Source: Octopus vulgaris
Taxonomy: Eukaryota
NCBI GenBank assembly: GCA_951406725.2
Contig: OX597814.1
Location: 199,330,001 to 199,394,000, forward strand
Length of the DNA: 64,000 bases
Direction: 5' to 3'
The notes under the pieces are model-generated. The model did not search any database. It saw only the letters and a list, made by a program, of their open reading frames with translations, and was not told the DNA's origin. The translations under genes were made by a program, and so were the position numbers. Below are positions 61,264 through 64,000 of this stretch, in pieces. The stretch's first letter is position 1, and the number at the start of each line of letters is the position of its first letter.

Positions 61264-61650
61264 ATGGAAGCACTCCGTCGGTTACGACGACGAGGGTTCC
61301 GGTTGATCCGAATCAACGGAACAGCCTGCTCGTGAAATTAACGTGTAAGTGGCTGAGCACTCCACAGACACGTGTACCCTTAACGTAGTTCTCGGGGGAT
61401 ATTCAGCGTGACACAGAGAGTGATAAGGCCGGCCCTTTGAAATACAGGTACAACAGAAACAGGAAGTAAGAGTGAGAGAAAGTTGTGGTGAAAGAGTACA
61501 GCAGGGATCACCACCATCCCCTGCCGGAGCCTCATGGAGCTTTAGGTGTTTTCGCTCAATAAACACTCACAACGCCCGGTCTGGGAATCGAAACCGCGAT
61601 CCTACGACCGCGAGTTCGCTGCCCTAACCACTGGGCCATTGCGCCTCCGA
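61264..61650 (-). mobile_element. SINE C1, full length
   Basis: TSD ATCGTTTACATA at 61252-61263 and 61651-61662. Confidence 0.93.
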
Positions 61651-61766
61651 ATCGTTTACATAGCTGTAGTCATGTCAAGAGTGTGGTATTTGATGTACAA
61701 TGATAACTTACTCCACAATTTGCTTCTGTCCATCAACGGAGATTTTCATTTTGGTTTTAGTTGAAA

Positions 61767-62166
61767 CTAACAGGATCGCCCAGCGTTGCTCGGGTTTGTA
61801 AGGGAAATAACTATATAAGCATTTTTAGAGAGTTATAGCCAAAATATAGCAAAAAAATGCATTAAAAATGGAAAAAAAAATTATGGTAAATTTTTTTTTA
61901 AATCGTTGACTCTTCGTAGACATTTTTAGAGAGTTACTTCCCTTATTTAAAAGCGAAAAAATGCATTAAAATGGAAAAAAAATGATGGTAATTTTTTTTT
62001 TTAATCGGAGATTCATCGTAGACGCGCGCTAATACCCAGAAGGGCTCGATATGAATCACGACTATAAGATACCCGGTTTTGGTTAAACTGCACCGCAAAA
62101 TGTGGGAGTAGTTAGGAATCTAAATCGTAGGAGACAGACACACAACCTTACTTTTATATATAAAGA
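61767..62166 (-). mobile_element. Non-autonomous Helitron, family 1, with an internal tandem duplication
   Basis: Matches 43061-43357; terminus reads CTAA on the plus strand (mutated CTAG). Confidence 0.88.
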
Positions 62167-62319
62167 TGAATGGGGATTTCATGGAATAACATAAAGCCAG
62201 ATATTGTTTCTAATATCTTGTTTTCTTCAAACTCGTTTGAGTCTAGTTCGACATCTTCGACTGATGCACTAACTTTGAATTTTATGCTCCCAAGACAGGG
62301 ACGATTGAGAATAGGAGAA

Positions 62320-62485
62320 TAGGCGCAGGGAGTGGCTGTGTGGTAAGTAGCTTGCTTACCAACCACATGGTTCCAGGTTCAGTCCCACTGCGTAGCACCT
62401 TGGGCAAGTGTCTTCATGTATAGCCTCGGGCCGACCAAAGCCTTATGAGTGGATTTGGTAGACGGAAACTGAAAGAAGCCCATCA

Positions 62486-62530
<45 letters not shown>

Positions 62531-62566
62531 CTGTGTGTGTGTATGTTTGTGTTTGTCTCCCCCCCA
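62320..62566 (+). mobile_element. SINE A lacking its 3' arm
   Basis: Family A head and microsatellite. Confidence 0.9.
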
Positions 62567-63140
62567 TATTTGTATCAAGATTATCAATACATTGGAAGAA
62601 ACGTATGTGTTGAAGAGCCTCAGTATCTTTTAGAACGAAGAACGGAATCTTGGAAAATTGAAGCTAGAAAACCGGAAACTGGGAAATTGAAGTCAGAAAT
62701 CAAACAGCGTCTGCTATTAATATTTTCGTCTGAAATGTACCTGACATTCGTCTAGCGGTAGAAGCTAAATTCTATTTAACTCACTACGTTCACAATTTAA
62801 TATCATAAATGGATCGTGACCCACCTTTCGTGAAGCACAATAAAATAGTCAACGACTCTACTGCTATAATGGTAAATTTCACAATAACCATAAAATAGTT
62901 AGAACAATACAAGTATTTCATTATATCTGTTTAACAAAACGAGTCATAATTTCTATTTAAAATTTTACCTGACGTTAAGAGCATGTGAAGCGATGGTTTG
63001 AATTTATGTATAATTGAAAATAACACAAAGGAAATCCTAACGTCGTGCGGCAAATGTTGAAGAGATGTTTAGAATTTATCTTAGTTTTATTGTAAGTTTT
63101 AGTTATATTATTTTCACGCCGTCTGAATTCGTCTCTCAGG

Positions 63141-63500
63141 CACGACTGGCACCCCGTCGGCTATGACGACGCGTGTTCCAGTTGATCCGATCAACGGAAC
63201 AGCCTGCTCGTGAAATTAACGTGCGAATGGCTGAGCACTCCACAGACACGTGTACCCTTAACGTAGTTCTCGTGGAGATTCAGCGTGACACAGTGTGACA
63301 AGGCTGGCCCTTTGAAATACAGGTACAAGTGAAACAGCGAGAAAGAGTAGAGCAGGGTTCACCACCACCTCCTGCCAGAGCCTTGTGAAGTTTTAGGTGT
63401 TTTCGTTCAATAAACACTCACAACGCTCGGTCTGGGAATCGAAACCGCGATCCTAAGACCGCGAGTCCGCTGCCCTAACCACTGGCCATTGCGCCTGCAC
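63141..63500 (-). mobile_element. SINE C1
   Basis: TSD TCGTCTCTCAGG at 63129-63140 and 63501-63512. Confidence 0.92.
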
Positions 63501-63532
63501 TCGTCTCTCAGGTATCAACATAAAGAACAATG

Positions 63533-63767
63533 AAGGTGACGAGCTAGCAGAAACGTTAGCGCGCCGGGCGAAATGCTTTGCTGTATTTCGTTTGCCGTTA
63601 CGTTCTGAGTTCAAATTCTGCCGAGGTCCACTCTGCCTTTCATCCTTTCAGGGTCGATTAAATAAGTACCAGTTATGCATTGGGGTCGATCTAATCGACT
63701 TAATCCGTTTGTCTGTTTTTGTTTGTCCCCTCTGTGTGTAGCCCCTTGTGGGCAGTAAAGAAATAAG
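63533..63767 (+). mobile_element. SINE B monomer inserted in or next to an older B-like copy (to ~63930)
   Basis: Family B consensus. Confidence 0.88.
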
Positions 63768-64000
63768 AGTCGTTGGCACGCCAGACAAAAATTCTCAACG
63801 GCATCTCGTTCGTCCTTAAGTCGACTTATCCTTTTGGGGTCGATAAAATAAGTAGCAGCCGGACACTGGAATCAATGTAAACGATTTACTCCACCCCTCT
63901 ACACCGAAATAGTTCGCTCTGCGCTAAAATTTGGACCCAATATACAGAACAGCGAACTCGCAGAATGGTCGCAGTGGTAGACAAAATATCCCTGTGTATT

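Overview
This is AT-rich, repeat-dense eukaryotic DNA. The SINE families and the heavy (CA)n/(TA)n/(TACA)n load look like a coleoid cephalopod, most likely Octopus (inference from pattern recognition, not a search). There is no intact long gene: nearly all ORFs in the track are read-throughs of microsatellites and SINEs, and the rest are decayed mariner/Tc1 transposases and CR1-like LINE reverse transcriptases. Annotated repeats: three abundant tRNA-derived SINE families (labelled A, B and C here), four mariner remnants, CR1-group LINE fragments, four non-autonomous Helitrons, several MITEs and an RTE-type fragment. Beyond the repeats, the main leads are: (1) a candidate plus-strand first coding exon (15813-15932) followed by what looks like a giant intron with AG|GT recursive-splice sites, each with a ~50-nt cryptic exon (17866, 54297); (2) at least five distinct microsatellite-embedded elements carrying type I hammerhead-ribozyme cores (Penelope/retrozyme-like); (3) a 220-bp structured element with perfect palindromic ends; (4) a young 209-bp inverted duplication; (5) SINE-LINE shared 3' tails and modular SINE shuffling. 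Repeat boundaries are by eye and approximate unless target-site duplications (TSDs) or terminal inverted repeats (TIRs) are quoted.
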